A stretch of 64,000 nucleotides of DNA from Chiloscyllium plagiosum. Lineage: Eukaryota. Below the pieces are notes generated by a model. It did not search any database, was not told the origin of the DNA, and was given only the letters and a program-made list of their open reading frames with translations. The stretch lies in NCBI RefSeq assembly GCF_004010195.1, contig NC_057719.1, positions 49,127,336 through 49,191,335 of the forward strand, given 5' to 3'. Positions 1 to 13,720 of the stretch are shown one piece after another. Numbering within the stretch: position 1 is the first letter of the stretch; each line of letters opens with the position of its first letter. Both the position numbers and the translations under genes were made by a program.

Positions 1-1092
1 GACTCAATACACAGTCTCCCACTATTGTCCTTGATCGGACCTACCCCCGTTCTCGTCATTCTCATGTTTCTCACATACACATAAAAGGCCTTGGGGTTAT
101 CCTTGATCCTACCCGCCAAAGATTTTTCATGCCCTCTCTTAGCTCTCCTAATCCCTTTCTTCAGCTCCCTTCTGGCTATCCTGTATCCCTCCAACGCTCT
201 GTCTGAACCTTGTTTCCTCAACCTTATGTAAGCCTCCTTCTTCCTCCTTACAAGACATTCAACCTCCCTCGTCAACCAAAATTCCCTCACACGACCATCT
301 CTTTCCTGCCTGACAGGTACATACATATCAAGGACATGTATCTGTTCCTTGAAAAAGTTCCACATTTCAACGACATCCTTCCCTGACAGCCTCTACTCCC
401 GATTTATGCTCCTCAGATCCTGTCTTGCAGCATCGTATTTACCCTTCCCCCAATTGTAAAACCTGCCCTGTTGCACACACCTATCTCTCTCCATAACCAA
501 GGTGAAAGTCACAGAATTGTGGTCACCATCACCAAAATGCTTACCCACTAACAAGCTCATCACTTGTCCCGGTTCGTTACCAAGTACCAAATTCAATATG
601 GCCTCCCCTCTGGTCGGAGAATCCACATACTGAGTTAGAAAAGCTTCCTAGACACACTGCACAAACCAATCTACTTGATCTAAAGAGCTTCCAATCAATA
701 TTTGTGAAGTTGAAATTGCCCATGACTACTACCCTGTGGCTTCTGCACCTTTCAAAATCTGTTTCCCAATCTGTTTCTCCACATCTCTGCTGCTATTGGG
801 GGGCCTATAGTAAACACCCAACAAGGTGACTGCTCCTTTCCAATTTCTGACTTCAGCCCATACTACCTCCAAAGGCAGATCCCCCTTGAACTGCCGTTCT
901 GCAGCCATTATACCATTTCTAATTAGCAACGCCATACCCCTCCTTTTTTACCACCCCCCCAATCTTACTGAAACATCTGTAACCAGGAAACTCCAACAAC
1001 CATTCCCTCTTCTATCCATGTTTCCATGATGGCCACAACATCGTAGTCCCAAGTACCGATCCACGCCTTAAGTTCACCCACCTTATTTCTGA
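1..1092 (-). mobile_element. CR1 LINE fragment (APE endonuclease and downstream region), degenerate
   Basis: Minus-strand peptides TLLGVYYRPPNS and SPTRGEAILNLVLGNEPGQV...FGDGDHNSVTF are CR1 endonuclease motifs. They match the copies at 19645 and 27360. Confidence 0.9.
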
Positions 1093-1094
1093 TA

Positions 1095-1468
1095 GAATTT
1101 TTCGTTGGTGTTCTTTTCTCCTGGACCAGAACAATTTTGCATGTGAGACAATCTATTTTAATGAATTGGCCTTTGCCAAGAGTATGTTTATGACATGTTA
1201 CGATATTTGAACAGTTGTTGTTTAGACGTTAAATAATTATTATTCTGTTAAGTTTCCCAATAGAGTTAAAGTTATACCAACTCTTCTTTCTTTTGTTATA
1301 TTTTAACTGGGTAGAAGAATAAAGTTTGTTTTGCTTAAATCAGAGTAGTGTGACCAATCAGATGACATCTGGATCATAGCACCTTACACTTGCTTTTAAA
1401 TAAGATAAAAGTCAGTGTCTAGGCTATCTTCCAGAGATATGTGAGGAGGGTTAGTCTGGTCCATAATA
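1095..1468. repeat. LTR-like repeat fragment
   Basis: The reverse complement of its end (tattatggaccagactaacccctc...cctagacactgac) resembles the start of the LTR-like unit at 52181 (actaggccagaccactc...cccagaccataac). Confidence 0.35.
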
Positions 1469-2609
1469 CTATCAAATTGTGTAGGCAGTGTGATTGTTGC
1501 TTCAGTCTAGCACTTCATTTTGAACTTTGCTGCCACTTGAAATAAATGAATTCTCTTCAATTTTGATAGCAGCGGAAACATTTCAGCCAAACCACTATAT
1601 TCACAGCTCTCCATCTCATTTACAGTATGAAATTTTTTTTATTCCTACTCAGCTGAGGAGATTCTGCTTTTTGTTTATATTCTGCCATGTGTTTATGGAG
1701 TCCACAAGGTTTTCAACTGCCTTTTCCCTGATCTTTTGTTGTTTAACCCCTTCTAGCTTTTAAATGAGATTGACATTAATTAATAATCTTCTACTCAGAA
1801 AAGAGAATTGTTGCTTGTGAAGTTTTTCTTGTATTTCGAGTCCCCTATGTTGGGGAGGTGCTTGCAGCACATAGAAAAAATTAACTGCAATGTCCCCTGG
1901 ATGACGTAGCTGACCCTCTGTAAGAGAAAAGTGGTGTATTGCCAACTGAGGCTCTCTTTCTGAAAATACCATAACATTTGCTTCCATATCTAACTTAAAA
2001 TTTGACAAAGACTTATTGACATAAATATCTGTATGTCAAAATATTTGGCCTAGGTCACTGATTTCCCCCAATAAAATTTTGGGCTTACTTACTATTGGAA
2101 ACTCTGCTTTACTTATCTGGTTTTTGTGCGTATATATTCAGTCTTTCAGGCTTTTCTGTGGCTGTGTCATACTTTGGCACATTTATTGAAAGAGATCTAC
2201 TTTCTTACATGATAAATATTTTGTTTTGAAAGTTGGACACTGTTCCTGTCTGTGAGACTTTCTTTTAATACACAGCATTGGCAAAGAGTTTAGTGTCCGG
2301 TATCTGTTCTACTGCTGAATTGGCTGACTTGATGTGTAGTTTGAGGTTTTGTACCTTAAGCAATGAAAAGATTCTACTAATCTTCTGAGTCAGGTTTTTT
2401 ATACTCTTATTAGGATTGATTTACGTTGCTCCTGAAATTCTGCTTCACTTACCATCTGAATGACTGTCTCTGGAGGTAGGACCTCTTTGAAAAGTAATAA
2501 ATCTGACAAAGGTTCATCAGTACTACCTACAACATTCTAGTCACTTATGAATTCTGATTATAAATCACTATAGTAAATATCCAAAATAGCTTGTATGAAC
2601 CATTAATTA

Positions 2610-2910
2610 GTGGCATGGTGGCACAGTGGTTAGCACTGCTGCCTCACAGCACCAGAGACCCGGGTTCAATTCCCACCTCAAGCGACTGATTGTGTGGAGT
2701 TTGCACATTCGCCCCGTGTCTGCGTGTGTTTCCTCTGGGTACTCCGGTTTCCTCCCACAGTCCAAAAATGTGCAGGTTAGGTGAATTGGCCCGTAGTGTT
2801 AGGTGAAGGGGTAAATGTAGGGGAATGGGTCTGGGTAGGTTGCTCTTTGGAGGGTCGGTGTGGACTCGTTGGGCTGAAGGGCCTGTTTCCACACTGTAAA
2901 TAAGTAATCA
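2610..2910 (+). mobile_element. HE1-type V-SINE
   Basis: tRNA-like head (tggcacagtggttagc...gggttcaattccc), V-domain (tgtggagtttgcacatt...gtttcctcccacag) and CR1-like tail (gaagggcctgtttccacactgt). Confidence 0.92.
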
Positions 2911-3653
2911 AACTCATACCATGGACTTAACCATGACTGCAAACTTGTGTTAAATCTTGCCTTTTCCTAACTTTTATTGGCTCTGAAGTCAAAATGATTA
3001 TCAAAAGCTTTCAATACCTCTTCATTTGTTTGATGTTTAAGTTATCACTTGGCAAGCCATAGTATCATCTGCTACGCTTCCAAAACTGTAAACTTCTTTG
3101 TTCAGTTTCGATTTTAATATCCAGTATAGAAGTTACTTTATACCTCAAGAAACGTTTCCTTCAGGATGTACAACTTTCTGTTTTATTTGATCTATCTCTG
3201 ATATTAAATACTCTTGGCAATAACAGAGGGCCAAAAGATAAATTTTGTGCATTCTGGGAGCAGAGACCAGGGCAAATTGCTAACCAAGTCACTTAAAGCA
3301 GATAAGCATTAGGCAACTTAAAGAAGTTTAAGCTTCTGGTCTAACACAGAAATGTTTTGCAAACAAGGAAAATACAGCAGACCCTTGCAGAGAATCCAAA
3401 GCAGGGAACATCTCCACTGCTGCCAGAAAGCATGGGGAACATGTAGCAAGGAAACCCTGTATTCTCACTGTGAAGCTGTGGGAAGACTCCAGTATCACAC
3501 TGAATTGTGGGAGAACTGCCATTACTGCAGATTAAAAATTTGTTAAAGAACATAAAATGCAGAAACAAATTAGGAAGCTGTGGCATCAGAAATAGTTTTG
3601 CTCGGGGTGTTTAATTTCAGAGATGGATTGCTTACTATTATGGTGACACCCAT

Positions 3654-3862
3654 GATTAGATTAGATTACATTACAGTGTGGAAACAGGCCTTTCGGCCCA
3701 ACAAGTCCACACCACCCCGCCGAAGCGCAACCCACCCATACCCCTACATTAACCCCTTACCTAACACTACGGGCAATTTAGCATGGCCAATTCACCTGAC
3801 CTGCACATCTTTGGACTGTGGGAGGAAACCGGAGCACCCGGAGGAAACCCACCCGGAGGAAA
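3654..3862 (-). mobile_element. HE1-type V-SINE, 5'-truncated
   Basis: Reverse complement of the V-domain end and tail, with a (aatct)n terminus. Confidence 0.9.
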
Positions 3863-5331
3863 CAACTAACATCTATCTTCCTGAAGTTGCCATCTTTTCT
3901 AGTCTGTTACCAACTCACCCAAGTATGATGGAGCCTGGTTAACTGTATTTGTTGGTCATTCATTGTATCATGTGGACATAATCATTGGCTTAATACAGTT
4001 GGACAGAAGGTCTGATGCTTTACCTGTAAATGCTGTGCTGCCAAATGTGGCCACCAGGAACTTGGACAGTAATCTCGATCAGATTTTTTAAAATAAAACT
4101 ATTTAAACTGAGATTAAAGTGATCAAAGTTTCCAAATTCAATATTTGATTTTAAAAAATTGACCACTTGCTTGGCCCTCCACGGTAAGAACTGTATTTTC
4201 CTTTCCTGATCTGATACATGAGGGTTGCAAATTTTTTTTAAAAATTATATCTCTGTTAGTCTGTATGACTGCATCATTTAAAGGTTTCCCATTCTGTGCA
4301 TGGAATTATTGGTTTTGTATCATGCGATCCTTGATAACTACTGTATTTGGCTCATCAGCTCAAATTGGATTTGGGACTGTTACCCAATATATGGACCCTA
4401 TATATGTCTCCATTGAAGCTGCAGATGTCTGTTGCTGAATATATAATCTGTCTCATGTGAAATGCTTTCTGAGGTGTTCTCTGAAATATTCCTCTCTAGT
4501 GGATATTACCAAAGGCTTCTGTGTGTTTCACTGATGTCAACAATCAGCAATACTCGATTCTCCTGAATTCTTAAATTATCACGTCTGAGTTGAAACATTT
4601 TAGAAATCATTCCTTTCACCATTGTCCATGTTATGTGGCTGGAGCCCACTATTCTGTGTAGGTTCCCTTAATTGCAAAGTGAATTAGTATGGATGAGCAC
4701 ATCACCATTCTGGTCTAACTAGAAGACTGCGATTGAGTAAACAATAGAGTTTATTGAGTTACTAGAAATGTTTACAGATTACATGACAATGAGCTACCTA
4801 ATTACAAAGAGTGTCAGGAGCACACTAGCCCAGGTATGTTTTCGACAAAGCTCCTTCTTTACTCTGACCAAACCCTCTTGATACCATCCCATTGTGTAGT
4901 GTTTATTGCATTCAATTACCTATTAACTTTTTTTAGTACTTTTCAGATCCACATCAACACTTACTGCTTAGTGCATTCAGTTTGCATATAGGAAGACCTT
5001 AGAGATGAAATAAATGACTAGAAAGTCCATTTTCAGTATTGTCAGCTGCAAGATCAAGTTGGTCAGAACACCAAAGAACTCTTCTGTTCTTATTCTTGGA
5101 GGCATGGCTCTTTTGGATCTACTTGAGATTATTGTCCCTGATTTGCAAAATTGAACCAAGCAAGTGTCACCATGATAGCTGGTCCATTAGAGATGTTGTT
5201 ATACCTAGGGACTTGAACCAGAGTTCCCTGACTCAGATGTCGGGACACTACGACTGCACCACAAGAGTTAGTGTTTCAGATACTATATGGTACTCAGATG
5301 AGATAACATATGAAACACTGTGTAGTTCACA

Positions 5332-5510
5332 AAGATGTGGAGGTGCTGGTGTTGGACTGGGATGGACAAAGTCAGAAGTCACATGAGCGTTCTCCTTCAC
5401 CAGGTTAAGTGACTTCATTTCACCTGATGGAGAGCCCCCTGAAAGCTTGTGATTTGAAACAAATCAGTTGGACTACAACTTGGTGTCATGTGACTTCAGG
5501 GCTTATTTCA
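5332..5510. mobile_element. PLE terminal-repeat remnant (GAAAGCT hammerhead family), decayed
   Basis: Shares gttggacta(c/t)aac and ccagtccaacac motifs with 35965-36300 and 51588-51760. It has a decayed core CTGATGG...GAAAGCTT at 5424-5448. Confidence 0.55.
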
Positions 5511-6774
5511 CATAGGAACAAGTGATCTGGGGGAGAGCAAGGTCAGTTAGCACATGAAGCAGCAGGAAGACGAAGCTACCATTAGCTATTAAGGTTAAAT
5601 CTGTATCTCCAAGTATTGTTCTTTCAGTCTAAAATGTCACTACAGGTGCTTTGGATATCCAGCAACAACTGCCTTCCATATTAACAATGACCACATTTGG
5701 GAGAGATTCCTAATTTAAGCCTCACAAAATTATACAAGTTAAAATCAGTCCCAATGTGGGAATTTCTGTTAATGAATAATTTGGCTTCTATTAATTAAGG
5801 ATGCCAGTGACAACAAGCCATTTGTGAGTGATTAAGGGACATAAAAGACCGCTTTACCTGTGTTGACTAGGATTTCCAGTTCATATGCAAGCTTTGCACA
5901 TCAGCTTGAAACAAAGCTGATGCATTAAGATGACTCACTGCAAAGGAGAATGGGGGAACAATGATGTATTCAATAAGAGAATCCCCAATCCCCCACCCAG
6001 ATTTGTCATTGCCACTGTTGCAGCTGTCGATCTTCTCATGGAACTATCAGGATCAGGCATCTGTGGCCCTTTTGAATTTTAAAAACGTCTGTGCTTTTTT
6101 AAGCGGATGCTTCTCTGTTGATGTTCCCTTTTTCCGTCCAACATGAATCAGCAGTTCCCATGTCAGTCTGCCGAGTGTCCAACAGTCTTTCATATACCCT
6201 CCATCCTTGGGAACCCATTAAATGACATGCTTTTTTCTGGCCATTTATTGGCTGATACTTTCAAAGTTAAGGTGTGCATGTCTGGGACACGTTGCATGGT
6301 TCAGGATGTGACTGGCCTCGATGTCAAGTTTCCAAACTCAGAACAGAAGTCCTTCACTAGGAGCGGACTCTTCTAGCAACTTTCTCCCTTCCTTCTGAGT
6401 GTGGCTCTTCAGACTCTCCTGGCCTGTCTGCAGAGAATTTTCTCCTAATGTTGACCAGCACTTCGCACGCTCCCAGCATTGCATCCAACATTCGGGATCC
6501 CTCTATCTTCTCTGATGTACAGTTTACCAGAAAGTCCAATGCAGCAATCCTCTTGTGCAGTTTCCCTTTAAGATAGGGTCTTCCTCTAAGTAGGGCAAGT
6601 TGACTCCAATACATGACCGGCAAACAACACTGTTGAGACTTTTCGCTGTATGCAGAGTTTGTTAGCAATGTAAAGAAATGGAGATCAGTGTAGGATCAAC
6701 ACCAGCTAGGACTACAATCATTCATTCAATTAATTTTGAATAATGTCTTTCTTTATCTAAACAAGGAACACACT

Positions 6775-7103
6775 GCATGGTGGCTCAGTAGTTAGCACTG
6801 CTGCTTCACAGCACCAGGGACCCGGGTTTGATTCCAGCCTCAGATGACTGTGTGGAGTTTGCACATTCTCCCCATGTCTGTGTGGGTTTCCTCTGGGTGA
6901 TCTGGTTTCCTCCCACAATTCAAAGATGTGCAGGTCAGGTCAATTGGCCATGCTAAATTGCCTATAATGTTCAGGGATGTATAGGTTAGGAGTAAATGTA
7001 GAGTAATAGGGTAGGGGAATGTGTTTGGGTGGGACACTCTTTGGAGGATCAGTGTGGACTTGTTGGGCTGAAGGGCTTGTTTCCACACTGTAGGGATTCT
7101 ATG
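6775..7103 (+). mobile_element. HE1-type V-SINE
   Basis: Head, V-domain and tail are present; it ends ttccacactgtagggattctatgat. Confidence 0.9.
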
Positions 7104-7458
7104 ATCAAGGCATAAAATTGTGACTTCTGCCCATTCCAGTGTGGGGCATTTGGGTATTCATACAAGCTCAGGTCAGAATTCAAATGACTGCTCAACAGCA
7201 TTTATTAATTGATTCGACATGATGGTCAGGTGAGGGAGTAGTGTGGCCTGTAATACATAGGTTCAACCTCCTAGCAAACCATTAACACGTGACAGTTGAG
7301 GCCACAGTTAAATGAAAGCTTACCTCAGAAATGGTTCACTATTGGAGCTACACTCCATCACATTTCTGACTTATGCCTTGAAGACATTGGAAAACCTTTG
7401 GGGAATCAAGAGATCAATCATTCGCTGCAGAAATACTCAAACTCTGAACAGCTCTTGT

Positions 7459-7770
7459 GGGCGGCACGGTGGCACAGTGGTTAGCACTGCTGCCTCACAG
7501 CACCAGAGACTCGGGTTCAATTCCCGCCTCAGGCGACTCTCTGTGTGGAGTTTGCACATTCTCCCCGTGTCTGCGTGGGTTTCCTCCGGGTACTCTGGTT
7601 TCCTCCCACAATCCAAAAATGTGCAGGTTAGGTGAATTGACCATGCTAAATTGCCCGTAGTGTTAGGTGAAGGGGTAAATGAAATGGGTCTGGGTCGGTT
7701 ACGCTTCGGTGGGTCGGTGTGGACTTGTTGGGCTGAAGGGCCTGTTTCTACACTGTAAGTAATCTAATCT
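7459..7770 (+). mobile_element. HE1-type V-SINE with probable 7-bp TSD (ctcttgt)
   Basis: Full head, V-domain and tail. ctcttgt occurs at 7452-7458 and 7769-7775. Confidence 0.93.
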
Positions 7771-9139
7771 CTTGTAGCCTCGATAATTGAGTGGCTGGTT
7801 CAGTCAGGCTTCTGGTCAATAGTGACCACCAGAATGTTATTTCATGATATCAAATTGAAACGTGCATTTTTCACATGTTCAATTAAGTACACATGGATAT
7901 AAAGTATGCTATCCTAATATGCCTGGGTAATCAAATGATAGCTAATTTTCTTTATCACATTTTTATACTTCATCAGAATTCCTAGGTTCATAAGATATTG
8001 TACATTTGGATACCTACTGAAATAATTACAAATTATACATTAATCAATGTGTACAGGACAGACAATTTAACCACAACATTTCAAATACAGACATGATAGT
8101 ATGAGCAGCAAAATTGCCAGTGTCAAGTGTATATTATTTCTGATGTTCATCTGCTCCAGATCTCATTACTCACCCAACCAGTAGGAATTAATGCTCCACT
8201 AAGAACTTCAGTGACCCAAAATGCACAATTTCAAATTACCAATTAATTCCTGAGTATACCATCCTTGAGTTTGGATACAGCTTTTCTCCTTAAATGAAAA
8301 TAAGAGCACTCATGTTTAGATGAATAAAACATAATAGTATATGTACAACACAATTTTTCATTCTGAACAATTACCTATACATATATATAATGTACATATG
8401 TTTTTCATTTTTATTTGAGATTTCTAACATAGGTTTAATATCCATCCTTCTCTAGCAATTTTCCAGCCTTGCACAGATGTGGCTTTGCAACACGTGCATT
8501 AGACATATTACAGAAACAAAATGCATGGTCATAGAGATGGAGCAAACTAAAGAGATTAATGCTGGCATATAGCAGCAAATACTTTCTCTCAAACATCAAG
8601 CATTTCATGAATAATATTGCATTTAAGAATATGTGTTATTTTGTTATAGGTACAAGTTCAATTTAAAATGATCATCTTAAAAAATATTATTTATGAAGAA
8701 ATTTCCATTTCTTCATTCACAGCACATACAAATGAACTGGAGGAAAAGTCACTTGCAAAAATTAAAATAATTGCAAAGGTCTGTCATTTGAGATAATGCT
8801 CTAATTTTAATATTGTTATTATTCATGTCTGTATTTGTTGCAGATTTATTCATAAACTGGGAAAAGGGTAAGAGTGCTCCCAATCTTGGTGTTTACATTA
8901 CAACATACATTTAGCACATCACACAGGAGGCTTTGAATCTATCAATGGAAGATTACAAAATCACTGAACACAACAGAACTGTAATGAAATCTTAGCTTTA
9001 TAACTTTTGTATATCTTAGTACTGGAGAAATAAAAACTGGATTCAACACAATAGTTTTCATTAAACATCATTAAGAACAGGTCTTTAAGAAAAAAATAGA
9101 GACTCATAGCAGTGAGTAACTCATCAGCTGATTCCCACA

Positions 9140-9836
9140 GTCTGTCGACAATACACCAGTCAGGGGTATGATGAAATAGGTTCCCCATGTCTCCAAGGCC
9201 AAAAGAAATTTTTATGAGACAGTCCATTCACTGCTTTAAATATTAATTCCCACCAACACCACCACAGAATAACTGCGGGGTGTGGCATCTTCAAGATACA
9301 CTGCAGCAATTCACAAAGCCTTCCTTGACAGCATCTACCAAGCTCTCTATTATTGAGAAGAACAAGCATACTAGTCCATGAAGGCAGAGTTGGGACTCTG
9401 CTATCATTCTTTCAATGCTTTTGGGTCAAAATCCTGGAGCTCCCTTCCTGATAGATATATGGGTACACCTTCACCACATTAGTTCTGAGAGAAGGGCAAA
9501 ATTCTTTAGTCAAAGTGTTGTGAATCTTTTGAATTCTCTGCCTCAGAAGATTGTGAAATCTCTATCTTTGAATAGATTTCAGGCCAGTTTAGACAGATGT
9601 TTGATCTGTCAGGGAATCAAGGGATATTGGGAATGGGTAGGAAACTGGAAATGAGACCCAAGGTCAGCCATTGTCATGGTGAATGGTGAAGAGGGATCAA
9701 CAGGCCATATGGCCTACTCATGTTCCAATTTCTTGTGATCGTATTCAAGAAGCAGGCTGAATACCTGGGCAGTTAGGGATGGGCAATAATTACTGACTTT
9801 GTCAGTGATATTCGCAAGCCAAGAATGAATAAAAAT
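9140..9836 (+). mobile_element. Old LINE 3' region (CR1/L2 group) with a CR1 3' fragment inside (~9480-9740)
   Basis: Its 3' end gggcagttagggatgggcaataa...gaatgaataaaaa matches the SINE tail at 46448-46513. The inner part has the CR1 end peptide FFSQSVVNLLNSLPQKIV. Confidence 0.65.
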
Positions 9837-12393
9837 GACAAGCAGAATTTGGAAAGAGTGTTAGCCATAGCAGGTTGATAAATGTCAATTGGGGAGTTTC
9901 ACATTTATGAGCTCACATTCAGATAATTCCAGGTTAATTTCCTTTATTGAACACAAATCTTAGTTGCTCCAATGGTTAAGTAAAGCACTGGGTAAAAAGG
10001 TACCAACTAGGAAAGCATTATCTTTGATCCCAGCCTTATGCTGCCTTTGCTGACATCAGTTGAATGTTATAATTAGTTTCAATACTTCTAGCATGCATTG
10101 GGGAAATGTCAAAGTTTACTGTCTTGGTCACTATTATAAGCTAACACATCCCCCTTTTCCTATTGCCCCTGTTTGTCACCTGGGGTAGAGGTAAGTGATA
10201 GGCATAAATGACAAGTAACAGACGCAAAGAAACAAATGTCCTAATGGGTAAGGGAGGAACTTGCTGATATTGTAAAATAGAGTTCAATTTATCCTATTAA
10301 TTATTGAGGATTGGCATGAAGTTTGTTTGCAGGTATTGAAAACTTAAGTCATCTTTAATTTTTAAGTTCTGACTACCTTGATTCCAAGCTTGTAGTATGC
10401 TTAATGTGATGTAACAGTGCTATAGTTAGAGAAACAGTCTGGACAAAAAACTTAAGATGCTATTGTAGTAAGGTTATATATTAAATTGATAAAGGTAAAG
10501 TTTTTGCAAAATTTGTAACGAACATGTGATCTGGTGGTGAAGAAACTAAGACGTTGACGTAGATGAGATTATTGTCTCATTAGTTGTGTCATTAAAAACT
10601 AGCTATAAGAGACGATCAAAAAACGTCATAAGGCTACCAAGAGACAACTGGCTAATTGCTGCACTTTAAGACAACAGGTCAGCCTATCTGACAACTGGCC
10701 AATCACTGAGCCTCAAGAAGGTGGATTTAACCTATTGGGTGGCAATCATGTGAGGAGCAAGAGCTGTTCCCTGTCAGACTAGTGAGCTAGTTAGCACAGG
10801 ACCATGTATATTGATCAACTGCTTGGAGACTGGAAGGAGAGAACTGTTAACTCCCTCAGTTTTGACTCTTGGACAAGCATAGACATCCATGCACACATAG
10901 ACACTGGATTACATTAGCTGGATCAAGACAAAGTAGACTGATCAGTTAATTAAGATTGGAAGGAGAGATCTGATTGCTCCCTTTATTCCAACTCTCATCC
11001 AAGTCCAGACAACCTTGCACACATGGACACAAGAGTATAGATTTCATTCTCAGTGCTGGATAAATATAATATGCGTAATCAATAACTTGGAATTTTGAAT
11101 TGTTGATCCTCAGAGTAAACCTCTGCATTAAAAGGGAGATAGTAACTTTCAAAATGCATTATTTTAGTAGACTAATAACTATCCAATAACCCATCTCTTT
11201 TGGGATTGCATATTTGCAGAAATCAAATGAGAATAGGATTGAACACAGCAAAGATGAGATATCATACTGGTTTTTAGGCTTGTACATTAAATATGTCTAT
11301 TTTGGCAAAGTATTAAAGAGGGATTTCAGTGCAAATCAATGCAGAGAGAGATAAAAAACAAAATATAAAATGTACAAAATCTTATCATCTACTTAGTAAA
11401 AAATATTTATTGTCATGATATGAAGTAGTTGACCAAAATCAATGAATATTGACTGATCAATAAAGATGTGCAGACAACTTACATTTATATAACACCGTTG
11501 CTGTAAGAAATTATTCCAGGGTCCATAATAGGTATGACATAAAAAAAATTGACATCTCATCATGTATGATAATAGGGCAGCTAATCAAAAGCATTAAGGA
11601 GCATTGTAAAGAAAGGAAGGAGAGCAGAAAGCTTTAGAGAGAGACTTCAGGAGCTTAAGACATTGACAGCGGAGGCCATGGACCCTGAAGGTAGAACAAT
11701 CTCACTTCCAAGTAACACTATTGCTGTCTGAACATTGTTGATTTTGGATCTTGCTATGATATCACTGTGGAGCAAATTGGGGAATCAAGCCCAAGAATCA
11801 CCTCACTTGGTATAGGGATAGCACCAGCCACCTCACCAACCACGCTAATCAACCGCTAATGGAGAAATGGAGACAGTAAAATGAACATGAATTAAATACT
11901 TAAGCTCCAGTTTTGTCGGTCTTTTACAGCACGTTAATGCCAATACATGAGAACAGTACACACAACTTACACATTATCTCATAGCTTATCCATTTTATTG
12001 ATTGGCTTACACCTAATATCATGGCAAGGCCCAAGAGTCATTACAGTGTGTGTTACTTGATGCCAACTGTTTACTTAATGCAAATTACTATAATTTAGAT
12101 TCAGATACATTTTCATTTTAACACGGTACTTAATAATTGTGAAGTACTGTGTAAAAATTACATCTACATGATAATAATTTTCACCAAGTAAAGTGTTGTC
12201 ACAGGAATTCAAATCCTGACCTATGATTCAATTATCAATGATGCGAATGCACGCCCCAGTGCCAATGAATCAACTGAAGAAAGTGAAGTTCAGAATATAA
12301 AAGACATTAGACACTCACCAATAATATTACCATAATGGCAAATACGAACTCTTATCCTTTAAAGAAATATTCGGAAGACAGGGGTATGGTGTC

Positions 12394-12784
12394 AGAGATG
12401 CAATATGACAGTGGCTATAATACTGGACTAGTTATCCAGAGATCTAGATTTGCAATCTGGAGACATGAGCTTAAGTCCCACCAACATAGCTGAGGAACTT
12501 AAATTCATTTAATCAAACTAAATTGGGAATTAAAAGTTGACATCACTAAGGTTGGTCGTAAAATTACAGAAAAAGAATAATTGTTCTTTAATAATATTCT
12601 TTAGTGAAGGAAATTTACTAGCCTTACCAGACCTGGTTACTAAAACCACTGCCATGTCAGTGACATTTAACTATCCTCCGAAATGGACTAACAAAGGCAC
12701 TCAGTTGTATTTTAAAGCTCAGCAAATCCTTTTTGAGGGAGTGATGATCAATAAATGGTGATGCTTACATCATATGAATGAATA
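12394..12784 (+). mobile_element. Deu-domain SINE (SacSINE1-like), old
   Basis: Degenerate tRNA-like head, central ttagtgaaggaaattt...ccttacc...gaaatgg...cactcagtt block, and a tgaatgaata tail. Similar to 46194-46513. Confidence 0.6.
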
Positions 12785-13274
12785 CTAAAAACCACTGAAT
12801 CTGTTGATGGCTACATAACACAAAGTTAAAATATATAATACGAACGATTCCTCAGCATTTGGAAATGCATAGTCTCAACCGTCATGACAAATAAGTCCAC
12901 AACTCTTTGCTCTCACTGATGGAGGCAACAGCAGTTGGGCAGGGGAGAGAGCTTTATGGAGATTGTCCATCTCAAAAGTACAGTTCTCCACCAAAACAAT
13001 CCTATAATAGCTGACTGATTTAGCAGGAAAAAATGAACTCCCATTCTAATTAATGTAGTTTCACAGGATCTAGCGGTGGTTAGTCAAATTAGGTACATTC
13101 CTGTCCACTGCCCTTGGACTACAAATCATGATGGATTTGGCACAGTTTAGGGACTGGTGTTCTTACTCAGAACCTGCCTATGTAGTTATGCAGACAATGA
13201 CCATTAGGCAGGATGTTCCAAATTAGCTCCACATTTTTCATTCTATTATTTTTGTTTAATTAGATGGAGGTATA

Positions 13275-13720
13275 GAATTATGGAGTGATACAGTTCAGAA
13301 GGACCTATTTGGCCCATCTTGACTGTGCAATTTCTTTGAGAGAACTATCAAATCAATTCCTGTCAATCTGTTCTTTTCCAATTATCCTCCAAATACAGAT
13401 TTTTCAAGCATGTATTCAATTTGTTTTGAAAGTAACAGTAATTCTGTTTCTGCCAATCTTTTAGGCAATGGATCTAATCATAATAATTCACTGCAAATAA
13501 TTCTTCTCACCTCTCTCCACAGTCGATTTGTCAATTATTTTAAATCCACCTTCTTCATTGCCATTTCTCTTGCTGGTGGAAACATATAATCCTCATCTAC
13601 CTCCAACAAAATATCTCAGTTTTGCAGATCCTCTGTTTAAATCTTTCCTTAACCTTCTCCGGCTTAAGAAATACAACCCCAGTTTTCTCCCCACATAACT
13701 GAACACTCTGGTAGTATCGA
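13275..13720 (-). mobile_element. Old CR1 LINE 3' fragment
   Basis: atagaatt...acagttcagaagg...ttggcccatc terminus and ccttaaccttctc...aagaaatacaaccccag, the reverse complement of a CR1 3' end. Confidence 0.5.

Noticed and set aside
7459..7535. tRNA gene (also other HE1 heads)
   Set aside because: The A/B-box tRNA-like sequence continues into the V-domain and tail, so it is a SINE head.
10526..11200. Possible LTR or other repeat
   Set aside because: No termini, TSD, second copy or coding motif to support a call.
12319..12356. Minus-strand exon candidate (aag|...|gtgagt)
   Set aside because: 38 nt, with no recognisable peptide or partner exons.
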